From positions 1-24,199 of IMG/VR virus record IMGVR_UViG_3300021598_000365: a stretch of DNA of 24,199 bases; one strand, written 5' to 3'. Below the pieces are notes generated by a model, which was not told the DNA's origin, made no database searches, and worked only from the letters and a program-made list of their open reading frames with translations. Positions 1 through 7,073 of the stretch are shown piece by piece (within the stretch, counting starts at the first letter, position 1; each line of letters opens with the position of its first letter). The stretch is from a virus. Its lineage: Duplodnaviria; Caudoviricetes. A program made the position numbers and the translations under genes.

Positions 1-2
1 GC

Positions 3-290
3 ATGAGTGCGACACCAGATCCGACCGACGCGAAAGCTGATGGCAACTTCGGGAGCGCGGGAGGCAATCACCGCGCCGGATACGGAGACAGACTCGCCAA
101 CGCCGAGAAGTGGGCACGGAAGGGCGGCACGTTGAACGCCGGAGAGGGGGCGATTTTGTGCGAGGAGATCGACCGGCTGCGCGAGGTAGTGAGAATGGCG
201 TTCTTTGAGGGGGCTGCGCTTAACGGTCCCTGCGCGAGTGAGTGGGAATGGGAACAGTCAGAATCATGCAAGGCGCAGGAGGGCGCATGA
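3..290 (+). CDS. Small accessory phage protein (95 aa) with EEIDRLRE coiled-coil motif
   Basis: Starts in GCATGA and ends in the CAGGAGGGCGCATGA junction, overlapping the next start (ATGA coupling). Confidence 0.75.
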   Translation: MSATPDPTDAKADGNFGSAGGNHRAGYGDRLANAEKWARKGGTLNAGEGAILCEEIDRLREVVRMAFFEGAALNGPCASEWEWEQSESCKAQEGA

Positions 291-573
291 CCGACGAAAC
301 GAAGTACCTCAAAAGCCTTGAGCGTGAGACAGTTGAATACTTTCATGCGTTGCTCCCTGACGAACATGACCGCGAGTACCTCAGCGATGCAGACATCGAA
401 GAAATGTGGGGCGAATACTCACGCTCCATGTTTGCATCGTGGTTGTGCCACGACAGTCTTACGGCAGATGTGGCACTTGGCATGGTCAGGGGATGGTCTG
501 CGGCACGATACAAGAGGGTCGATCTAGAAAATGAGCGTGACGCTGCGGTGCAGGAGATCGACCGGCTGCGCGA
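163..573 (+). repeat. 22-bp exact direct repeat AGGAGATCGACCGGCTGCGCGA (163-184 and 552-573)
   Basis: Read directly from the sequence. It is in frame in two adjacent genes and encodes (E/Q)EIDRLRE in both. Confidence 0.9.
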
Positions 574-760
574 ACGGCTCGCCGCTGCGACACGGGTGAC
601 GGATGAGATGGTGGAGCGGGCGGCGGAGGCGCTGTATCTGCGCGGTGATCTGTCCCATTGGGGAACGTGGGAACAGGAGATATGGCGATACAAGGAGACG
701 TACTACGAAGATGCCAGAGCTATTCTCGCAGCCGCGCTTGAGACGCAGGAGGGCGCATGA
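274..760 (+). repeat. 17-bp exact gene-junction repeat CGCAGGAGGGCGCATGA (274-290 and 744-760; partial GCATGA at 1-6)
   Basis: Read directly. It contains the SD AGGAGG plus an overlapping ATG/TGA, so both upstream proteins end in QEGA. Confidence 0.9.
287..760 (+). CDS. Modular accessory phage protein (157 aa): coiled coil plus C-terminal VTDEMVERAA...ARAILAAAL module
   Basis: ATG at 287 follows SD AGGAGG and overlaps the previous stop, so it is preferred over the track start at 242. The C-terminal module resembles one often seen in small phage proteins (recognition only). Confidence 0.8.
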   Translation: MTDETKYLKSLERETVEYFHALLPDEHDREYLSDADIEEMWGEYSRSMFASWLCHDSLTADVALGMVRGWSAARYKRVDLENERDAAVQEIDRLRERLAAATRVTDEMVERAAEALYLRGDLSHWGTWEQEIWRYKETYYEDARAILAAALETQEGA

Positions 761-984
761 GCGCAAAGCAGGGGCTACGCTCTGGCGACCGCATCATGAC
801 CGGGACCGGCGCAAACCGGCGACGACTGACCACCGCAGAGGCAGAGGCAGGAGCATTGCCAGAGCTGATGACGAACGAGGAGTGGGACGCGATGCACACC
901 GCATCTCACATGGCATCCTATGGCGCGTTTCTCTGGTGGAAGCGATACGCGCAACGAGTCATCCACCGCGAGAGGAATCCATGA
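757..984 (+). CDS. Hypothetical phage protein (75 aa)
   Basis: AGGAGG SD in the junction repeat; ATGA overlaps at both ends. Confidence 0.75.
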   Translation: MSAKQGLRSGDRIMTGTGANRRRLTTAEAEAGALPELMTNEEWDAMHTASHMASYGAFLWWKRYAQRVIHRERNP

Positions 985-1304
985 GCGACGAGGAGCTGCC
1001 GAGGATCTTGCGGCAGATGGAAGTGCAGTGCTACACAGTGCTGCGAGCGATTCAAGAGTATCGCATAGAACCCAACGAGCGACGGCGCGACCAAGCCATC
1101 AACCGGATCGAACGGTCCTGCCTCCAGATCGCACAGACCATTGGCATCATGCCTGACGAGAAACGGATGTATGTGGACATCATCGCCAGATGCCGCGAAG
1201 AAGTTGATCGACTCACCCGCGCCAACATCCGAATCTTGGGCGGGACGCCACCCGAAGCGACCACGAAGGCCGCTTCACCAACCACCAACACCCCCAACAA
1301 ATGA
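981..1304 (+). CDS. Hypothetical helical phage protein (107 aa, MSDEELPRIL...)
   Basis: ATG at 981 follows GAGG and overlaps the stop at 982-984. This is the 3' part of track ORF 603..1304. Confidence 0.75.
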   Translation: MSDEELPRILRQMEVQCYTVLRAIQEYRIEPNERRRDQAINRIERSCLQIAQTIGIMPDEKRMYVDIIARCREEVDRLTRANIRILGGTPPEATTKAASPTTNTPNK

Positions 1305-1645
1305 CACCCGACACCCCCACCACCACGAAGGCCCGCCGCCTGTACCTGACCCACGGCACCAAGTACAAGCTGGAACTGCGAGACAAGCACAAGACCCAGA
1401 CCAAAGGCGTGTGGAACGCCGAGAAGTTCTGCTGGATGTACAACATGGGGCGCAAGCGCATCCCCGTGGAGATGGTGCGCCGTGTGGCCGTGATTGACAG
1501 CACGATCACTGACCGCAGCGCCACCTACGGCTGGTTCCACACGATTGATGTGTTCCTCGACAAGTGGGATCCGCGCCAGCGCAACATCTGGGTCCATCCG
1601 TATGCCGGAGGCCGTCCGATTCAGCGACGGATTCCCCGTGTCTGA
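1301..1645 (+). CDS. Hypothetical basic phage protein (114 aa)
   Basis: ATGA coupling with the upstream gene; strong GC3 codon bias. Confidence 0.75.
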   Translation: MTPDTPTTTKARRLYLTHGTKYKLELRDKHKTQTKGVWNAEKFCWMYNMGRKRIPVEMVRRVAVIDSTITDRSATYGWFHTIDVFLDKWDPRQRNIWVHPYAGGRPIQRRIPRV

Positions 1646-1976
1646 GGTGGACCCGACCGAGCAGGACCGGATCGACCCGCGTGACCCCGAGGTGCGCGTG
1701 ACCCCGATGCCACCTTACGGAGAACCGCCCCGACTGCCGAAGTTCGTCCGCAAGGCCGGGGACATTCGCAAGGACATCATCCGAGCGTATGTGCGCCGAG
1801 GGGAGTCCGACCCGCTCAAGATCGCCAAGAGCGAGCGGTGTACGAAGGAGCTGATCCTGTACTACGCGAGGCGCATGGAGGACATCGCGGTGGAGATTTA
1901 CCAGCCCAAGCCGGGGGTGCGCTCGAAAGCTCGCATCGTGCTGAAAGATCCATCGTTTGATAGACCCCTGTATTGA
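1638..1976 (+). CDS. Putative DNA-binding protein, possible (winged) HTH (112 aa)
   Basis: GTG at 1638 overlaps the upstream gene end. KDIIRAYVRRGESDPLKIAKSERCTKELILYYARRM has HTH-like spacing and is followed by two beta-like segments. Function is inferred. Confidence 0.55.
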   Translation: MSEVDPTEQDRIDPRDPEVRVTPMPPYGEPPRLPKFVRKAGDIRKDIIRAYVRRGESDPLKIAKSERCTKELILYYARRMEDIAVEIYQPKPGVRSKARIVLKDPSFDRPLY

Positions 1977-1989
1977 CAAGATTGACAAG
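1972..1989 (+). repeat. Tandem 9-bp repeat ATTGACAAG x2 over the -35 element
   Basis: Read directly: 1972-1980 and 1981-1989. Confidence 0.9.
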
Positions 1990-2001
1990 CTGCCATAGGT
2001 T
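1973..2001 (+). promoter_or_regulatory. Sigma70-type promoter for the replication module (TTGACA-17 bp-TAGGTT)
   Basis: Perfect -35 at 1973-1978, 17-bp spacer, and -10 TAGGTT at 1996-2001 retaining the key T, A and final T. It lies in the only sizeable gap of the + arm. Confidence 0.75.
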
Positions 2002-2039
2002 GCATCACGAAGTCCCCACACACTTTCCCATGAGGATGT

Positions 2040-2504
2040 ATGCCGATTCACAAGCTCGCCAACGGCCCGATCACGCTGAACCCTGTCACCGCCATTGAAT
2101 CCGCCGAGGGCAACTTCGGCCCCCAGATGGTGTTCAAGGGCAACGCCGACGACATCGTATTCATCAGCGAGATGAGCGGGGCCAAGGGCCTAGCGCGGCT
2201 CAACCTGACCCCCGAAACCGCCATCGGGAAGGCGCTGACGCTGGAGCAGATCAAGAAGGACGGCAAGACGTTCACGAACATCCACTTGGCGGGCAACGCA
2301 CCGGCTGGGGCGGCTCAGGCGGCTCCGGTGGCGCGAGCGGCGACCCCGCCGATGGATGTGGCGGCACTGGGCGCGATCTACAACCAGTGCGTCGATCAGG
2401 CGATGGCAACCCTCGGCGTCAAGTGCGAGGCGCTGGGCCTTCCGATTGATGCCAGCGCGATTCAGGCGGCAGCGGCCACCCTCTTTATCAAGGCGACCCG
2501 CTAA
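2040..2504 (+). CDS. Putative single-stranded DNA-binding protein (OB-fold-like N-terminus, Ala/Pro linker, helical C-terminus)
   Basis: SD GAGGA at 2032-2036. The ~85-aa N-domain is beta-rich (EGNFGPQMVF...KKDGKTFTNI) and the gene is first in the module, near the exonuclease. The CDS is solid; the function is inferred. Confidence 0.45.
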   Translation: MPIHKLANGPITLNPVTAIESAEGNFGPQMVFKGNADDIVFISEMSGAKGLARLNLTPETAIGKALTLEQIKKDGKTFTNIHLAGNAPAGAAQAAPVARAATPPMDVAALGAIYNQCVDQAMATLGVKCEALGLPIDASAIQAAAATLFIKATR

Positions 2505-2719
2505 TGCCGACCCTCGACTTCACCCCGATGGAACACGCCACGCTGATATCGCTGGCCGCGCTGGGCATTGCGGTCATGCAGAACGACGAGGAGCGCGGGA
2601 AGGAGCATATCGGCATCCTCTCGTCGCCCGGCGTAGAGGAGGCAGCGGAGGCCGTCCTGACCAAGCTGGTGGCACCGCTGATGCCGCAGGAGCCGCCGAA
2701 GCTCCACTTGGAGTCCTGA
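2504..2719 (+). CDS. Hypothetical protein (71 aa)
   Basis: TAATG and TGATG one-base overlaps with both neighbours. Confidence 0.7.
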   Translation: MPTLDFTPMEHATLISLAALGIAVMQNDEERGKEHIGILSSPGVEEAAEAVLTKLVAPLMPQEPPKLHLES

Positions 2720-3552
2720 TGGGCACGATCACCAACGTCCACGGCTTGCCACAGAGTATCGTGGCAGCTGTGACGGCGGACCCGTATGTGGGGGGCGGGG
2801 ACATCAGTGTGACCAAGCTGATCGACGCCCCACAGATTCGGACGCTGATGGCGCAGCACAAGGATAAGATCACCACCGATGTCTCGGAGCGGATCTGGTC
2901 GCTGCTGGGACAGGCGGTGCATACAATTCTAGAACGGGCGGCACTCCGGCAGGAGGGCATGGTGGCAGAAGATCGCCTGTATGCCGAGGTCGCGGGGTGG
3001 CAGGTCTCTGGGCAGTTTGATGTCATACAGATGGATACGGGCGTCCTGAGCGACTACAAGGTGACGACCGTGTACAAGCTCCAGAACATTGACGGCTGGA
3101 CGCAGCAGCTCAACGTGCTGCGCTGGCTGGCCCACAAGAACGGCATTGCCGTGACCTCGCTGGAGATCATTGCCCTCCTGCGCGACTGGAAGAAGGGGAA
3201 GGCCGAGCGCAAGCCCGACTCCTACCCGCAGACGCCGATTGTGCGGGTGGAGATCCCGCTCTGGTCGCTGGAGGAGGCCGAGGAGTACATTCTGGATCGG
3301 GTGCAGCTCCACCAGTACGCGCAGCAGGGTGGGCGCGTAGACTGCACAAACGAGGAGCGGTGGTACACCGGGACGCAGTTCGCGCTGATGAAGGAGGGCG
3401 GCAAGCGAGCGGTCAAGCTGTTCGACGAGCGCCCGACCGAGATTCCAGAAGGCCACCATGTAGAGGAGCGCCCGGGCGAGTACCGCCGCTGTGCGTCCCA
3501 CTGCGAGGTGCGGCACTTCTGCCGTCAAGCACAGGAGACTGGACATGGATAA
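2719..3552 (+). CDS. PD-(D/E)xK superfamily exonuclease, Cas4/RecB-like (277 aa)
   Basis: Motifs ISVTKL, LGQAVHTILE, E-x-R, GQFD...DYK, and a C-terminal C-x3-C-x5-C cluster. Start ATG 2719 is coupled to the upstream stop. Confidence 0.85.
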   Translation: MGTITNVHGLPQSIVAAVTADPYVGGGDISVTKLIDAPQIRTLMAQHKDKITTDVSERIWSLLGQAVHTILERAALRQEGMVAEDRLYAEVAGWQVSGQFDVIQMDTGVLSDYKVTTVYKLQNIDGWTQQLNVLRWLAHKNGIAVTSLEIIALLRDWKKGKAERKPDSYPQTPIVRVEIPLWSLEEAEEYILDRVQLHQYAQQGGRVDCTNEERWYTGTQFALMKEGGKRAVKLFDERPTEIPEGHHVEERPGEYRRCASHCEVRHFCRQAQETGHG

Positions 3553-3745
3553 CCCCCCAAAGCTCAGTATCCCTGAGCGCCGTGCGCTGATCGCGTCCCT
3601 CTATGCCCAGGGACAAACGACCAGACAGATTGCCGAACGGCTCGGCATTAGTTATCAAGCCGTGCATCAGATGTTGCAACGCCTCGACATCCCCCGCCGT
3701 CCGCGTGGCGGCAACATGGGCAGTCACTCCCGCCGCAAGAAATAA
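3545..3745 (+). CDS. Small helix-turn-helix DNA-binding protein (66 aa)
   Basis: LYAQGQTTRQIAERLGISYQAVHQML is a classic HTH; SD AGGAG lies upstream of ATG 3545. Confidence 0.85.
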   Translation: MDNPPKLSIPERRALIASLYAQGQTTRQIAERLGISYQAVHQMLQRLDIPRRPRGGNMGSHSRRKK

Positions 3746-3749
3746 CCCG

Positions 3750-4145
3750 ATGACCCACCCCGCCATGACACCCAACCCGCTGCGCCGTTACGGGCCGACC
3801 CGCAAGGAACACCTGTCGTTTGCCAACCTGCTGGTGGGCGACATCCACGACCTGTACCCCGAGCGCGATGTGCCGCATCCCCATGTCCCGACCCGTACCG
3901 CCGTGCTGGACCTGCTGAAAGAAGGCGTGGAGCCGATGGACCTGCTCCGTGCGGCACGGAACTACGCCGCGTACTGCGAGAAGGAAGGCACCCCACCGAA
4001 GTACCGGATCGGCTCGACGCGCTTCTACCGCGACGGGGTCTGGCAGCAGTTCAATCTCGTGACCGTACATGGCCGCACCCGCGAGGAGTGGGCACGGTCT
4101 GGGCAGGATGTGGCCGAGTTCGACCGACTGGCAGGTGGCGTATGA
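3750..4145 (+). CDS. Protein resembling the C-terminal domain of phage replication initiators (131 aa)
   Basis: Pattern LYP...LLRAARNYAAYC...KYRIGSTRFY...W recalls lambdoid replication protein C-termini. The start could be 3750 or 3765. Confidence 0.5.
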   Translation: MTHPAMTPNPLRRYGPTRKEHLSFANLLVGDIHDLYPERDVPHPHVPTRTAVLDLLKEGVEPMDLLRAARNYAAYCEKEGTPPKYRIGSTRFYRDGVWQQFNLVTVHGRTREEWARSGQDVAEFDRLAGGV

Positions 4146-4360
4146 AGATCACGCGCACATCCTGTGTGACCGGCGAGGAGCGGTCCCGCCATATCCCGAT
4201 CACCCAGGAGCAGGTGGACGCGATCCGTCACCTGACCGATCCGGCGCAGGTGGACGCCATCGTGCCCAACCTCACCCGTGCGGACCAGTGGTTCCTCGTG
4301 TTGGGGATCACGGACTACGAGTGGGATGCGCTGGGCGCTCCCGTTGACGAGGAGTGCTAA
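4142..4360 (+). CDS. Conserved-type small phage protein (72 aa, MKITRTS..TG...PITQEQ...GIT..EW)
   Basis: ATGA coupling. The motif pattern is recognised from small aquatic phage proteins of unknown function. Confidence 0.75.
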   Translation: MKITRTSCVTGEERSRHIPITQEQVDAIRHLTDPAQVDAIVPNLTRADQWFLVLGITDYEWDALGAPVDEEC

Positions 4361-4363
4361 CCT

Positions 4364-4933
4364 ATGCCGCACAACATCAGTCTGCCGCGCCACCGCTATG
4401 TGTGGGTGGAAAGCGAAAGCGTCCTGTCCGACGAGTTTGACTTGCAAGCACGAACGCCAGCCGTGTGGTGGGGGGTCAGTGTCACCCCGAACCGAACGCT
4501 GGCCTGTCATGTCGTCCTAGAGAACGGCGCGATGGTGGTGGATCTCCCGCTCGACTGCTTGCGGTGGGTTGATCCGCTCTTTGAGAACGAGCGAACCGTA
4601 CAGGAAGATGTCGCCTCCGCGACATGGGACTGCTATGGGTGGGATGCGGAGATCGTGTCCTGTGACTATCTGGATCAGATGCCCGTGACCATTCTGTGCG
4701 CGGACCACAAGGAAACGTCAGTGCGTGGATCGCTGTGGTTCGCCGTGGATCACAAGAAAGACGGCTTTAGCATGGAACCCGCGCAACACAAGCACCTGTG
4801 GGTCGTGGCCGTGGAGACTGGAGAGTTTATGTGGCTCCCACAAGACCAACTGTTGCTGCATGACAAGTCGTTTACCGATGTGCAAGGGATTCCGAAGATC
4901 AAGCGTCAGTCGGTGATTCGGAGCAACGAGTGA
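4364..4933 (+). CDS. Conserved-type phage protein of unknown function (189 aa)
   Basis: SD GAGGAG. Motifs LENGA..LP, WDCYG, P.QHK and D.SFT recall a widespread phage family. Confidence 0.75.
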   Translation: MPHNISLPRHRYVWVESESVLSDEFDLQARTPAVWWGVSVTPNRTLACHVVLENGAMVVDLPLDCLRWVDPLFENERTVQEDVASATWDCYGWDAEIVSCDYLDQMPVTILCADHKETSVRGSLWFAVDHKKDGFSMEPAQHKHLWVVAVETGEFMWLPQDQLLLHDKSFTDVQGIPKIKRQSVIRSNE

Positions 4934-6666
4934 ACCATCTCGACGCCCACGGGCTGCTGAAGTCCGCGCTGTTGCGTCGGAAGGGCACGAAGAAGTCGGG
5001 CGCAAAGCTCGCCTTCTGCTGCCCACGCCATACGGATAGCAATGCGTCCGCGTGGATGGGCGACCATGCGTGGGGCTGCTCGGCCTGTGGCTTTACCGAG
5101 CCGCTGCGCTCGCTGGCCGAGGAGCTGCACGTTGACCTCCCTGCCGCGACGGGCAGCAACGGCCTGACCCTGTTCGACTACGCCGAACACAAGAAGCTGG
5201 CCCTCGACTCGCTGGCGAAGTACGGCGTCACCGAACGGACAGGGAAGTACGGGGAGCCGCTGGTGGTCATTCCGTACTATGACGCGAACGGCACCGTGCT
5301 GCGAACCAAGCTGCGGACCCGCAAGGGCACGTTCTGGGACAAGGACGGGGAAGGCGCACCGCTCTACGGCCAGCAGGTATTGGCCGCAGCACCGAAGGAT
5401 GCGCCCGTCCTACTTGTAGAGGGCGAGTCCGACTGTCACGCCGCGTGGCAGCGGGGCATCTGCGCGGTCGGCTTGCCGGGGGCGTCCCAGTGGCGTCCTG
5501 AGTATGCGACCCTGCTCGCCAACCGCACCGTGTATGTGTGGCAGGAGCCGGATCAAGGCGGGGCCACGCTGATTGCCTCCGTCGCCAAGTCGCTCCCCAA
5601 GGCCAAGGTGATCCGGGATGTGACGGTGGGCGGAACGGGGATCAAAGACCTGTGTGACCTGCACGGGGCGGTCAGCGACTTGGGCGAGGACTGGACCGCG
5701 ATCTGGACGGCGCTGCTCAAGACCGCCACGCCTATCGGGGCAGAACCGCCCGTGGTCGCGTTCGACAGCATCACGGGCCTGACGCTCGAACGGATCTTTG
5801 AGCAGAAGCAAGCGCCGATTGAAGCGGTGCCTACGCCTCTGGCGCTGTGGAACCTCTGCTGTGGGGGCGGTGGTGGCGGGATCGGGTTGGCGCGAGGGTG
5901 GAACATCGTCATCGGCGCAAACACCGGCACGGGTAAGTCGTTGATTGCCTTGAACTTAGCGAACACCGCGATCCGTCACGGCGAGGTGGTCACTTTTATT
6001 TCGCTGGAGATGGGACGCGATGAGTTGGCGACCCGCTTCTTGGCGATCGCGGCGGATCTGCCGGTCAAGCAGTTAGAGCAGGGCAGCACGTTCGATCCGC
6101 TGACGTTCACGAAAGCGGCGATGGCCGTGGACGCCATCCATCGGGAAACGGGTGGGCACTTGATCGTGAACCGCCTCCCCATCAGCAAGATCGACGACAT
6201 CGTTCACGCGATGCGCTACCACCACGACCATGCGGGGTGCAAGTATTTCATCGTGGACTACTTGCAGCTCATCTGGGCACCCAACGTCCAAGCCATCCAC
6301 GACCGGATGGAGCTGGTGTCGCACCAACTGCGGGAAGCCGCCCTGTCGCTCGGGGTGACGCTCGTGACCCTCTCGCAGTTCAACCGCCAGACCTCGGCCA
6401 ATCGGCAGGAGCGTCCGGTGGCGCAAGGGTTGATGGGTGGCAGCGCGGTGGAGAACGATGCCCACCAAGTCCTGCTATTCGACCACTCCCGCTTCATCCG
6501 CAACGGCCTCACGGCAGACACCTTTCTCATCATCGACAAGAACCGCCACGGCAGCGTGGAGGACATCCCCGTGCGGTGGAACTATCAGAACCTCAGACTG
6601 GAGCCACGGGTGGCCCCGCCGGAGAAGGACGGCTGGAGCGCCCGGATCGGGAGAAAGGACAAGTGA
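4930..6666 (+). CDS. DNA primase-helicase fusion (Zn finger + TOPRIM + DnaB-like SF4 helicase)
   Basis: CPRH...CSACG Zn finger; VEGESD and GLPGA TOPRIM motifs; Walker A GANTGTGKS; FISLEM; Walker B IVDYLQL; LSQFNR; GSAVENDA; KNRHG. Confidence 0.95.
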   Translation: MNHLDAHGLLKSALLRRKGTKKSGAKLAFCCPRHTDSNASAWMGDHAWGCSACGFTEPLRSLAEELHVDLPAATGSNGLTLFDYAEHKKLALDSLAKYGVTERTGKYGEPLVVIPYYDANGTVLRTKLRTRKGTFWDKDGEGAPLYGQQVLAAAPKDAPVLLVEGESDCHAAWQRGICAVGLPGASQWRPEYATLLANRTVYVWQEPDQGGATLIASVAKSLPKAKVIRDVTVGGTGIKDLCDLHGAVSDLGEDWTAIWTALLKTATPIGAEPPVVAFDSITGLTLERIFEQKQAPIEAVPTPLALWNLCCGGGGGGIGLARGWNIVIGANTGTGKSLIALNLANTAIRHGEVVTFISLEMGRDELATRFLAIAADLPVKQLEQGSTFDPLTFTKAAMAVDAIHRETGGHLIVNRLPISKIDDIVHAMRYHHDHAGCKYFIVDYLQLIWAPNVQAIHDRMELVSHQLREAALSLGVTLVTLSQFNRQTSANRQERPVAQGLMGGSAVENDAHQVLLFDHSRFIRNGLTADTFLIIDKNRHGSVEDIPVRWNYQNLRLEPRVAPPEKDGWSARIGRKDK

Positions 6667-7064
6667 GCGCGGTGCGGACCATGACCTTTAGCGTCCCGTG
6701 GGCGGCACTGATTTCCGACAACCGGAAATACGTTACCGGCTACATTCTGAGCAAAGAGTACCGCGAGGCCAAGACGCTCATCGGGCAACTGGCGATGGCC
6801 GCTGCAAAGAAGGCGGGCTGGACGCGGCAGGAGGGGCGCTTGCTGATTGATGTGGTGGTGCGGGAGCCAGACAGGAGGCGGCGGGATCTCAACTACCAGA
6901 AGGCGTTCTTGGACGGCATCACCGACAGCGAGGCGATCTGGCACGACGACAGCCAGATCCGGCGAGCGGTGTGGGAGTTCGACGACCTGAACGAGCGGGA
7001 CAAGACCAAGGCGGGGGCGGTTGTCACCATTGCCGTCCTTGACACGCCAGTATCAGCCCCATAA
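6663..7064 (+). CDS. rusA: RusA-family Holliday junction resolvase (133 aa)
   Basis: PDRRRRDLN-x2-K-x3-D and WHDDSQI motifs; GTGA coupling to the helicase stop. Confidence 0.88.
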   Translation: MSAVRTMTFSVPWAALISDNRKYVTGYILSKEYREAKTLIGQLAMAAAKKAGWTRQEGRLLIDVVVREPDRRRRDLNYQKAFLDGITDSEAIWHDDSQIRRAVWEFDDLNERDKTKAGAVVTIAVLDTPVSAP

Positions 7065-7067
7065 GTT
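7039..7067 (+). promoter_or_regulatory. Sigma70-type promoter (TTGACA-17 bp-TAAGTT) embedded in the 3' end of rusA
   Basis: Perfect -35 at 7039-7044 and -10 at 7062-7067. It has the same CCATARGTTG context as the promoter at 1973. No + strand gene follows it. Confidence 0.75.
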
Positions 7068-7073
7068 GTCGGG

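Noticed and set aside
2719-3552. CRISPR-Cas locus based on the Cas4-like gene
   Set aside because: No repeat-spacer array or other cas genes; the context is phage recombination/replication.
603-6662. Extended track ORFs 603..1304, 1494..1976, 2356..3552, 3603..4145 and 6237..7064
   Set aside because: Their N-terminal extensions overlap better-supported genes in other frames. Downstream coupled starts (981, 1638, 2719, 3750, 6663) fit the operon.
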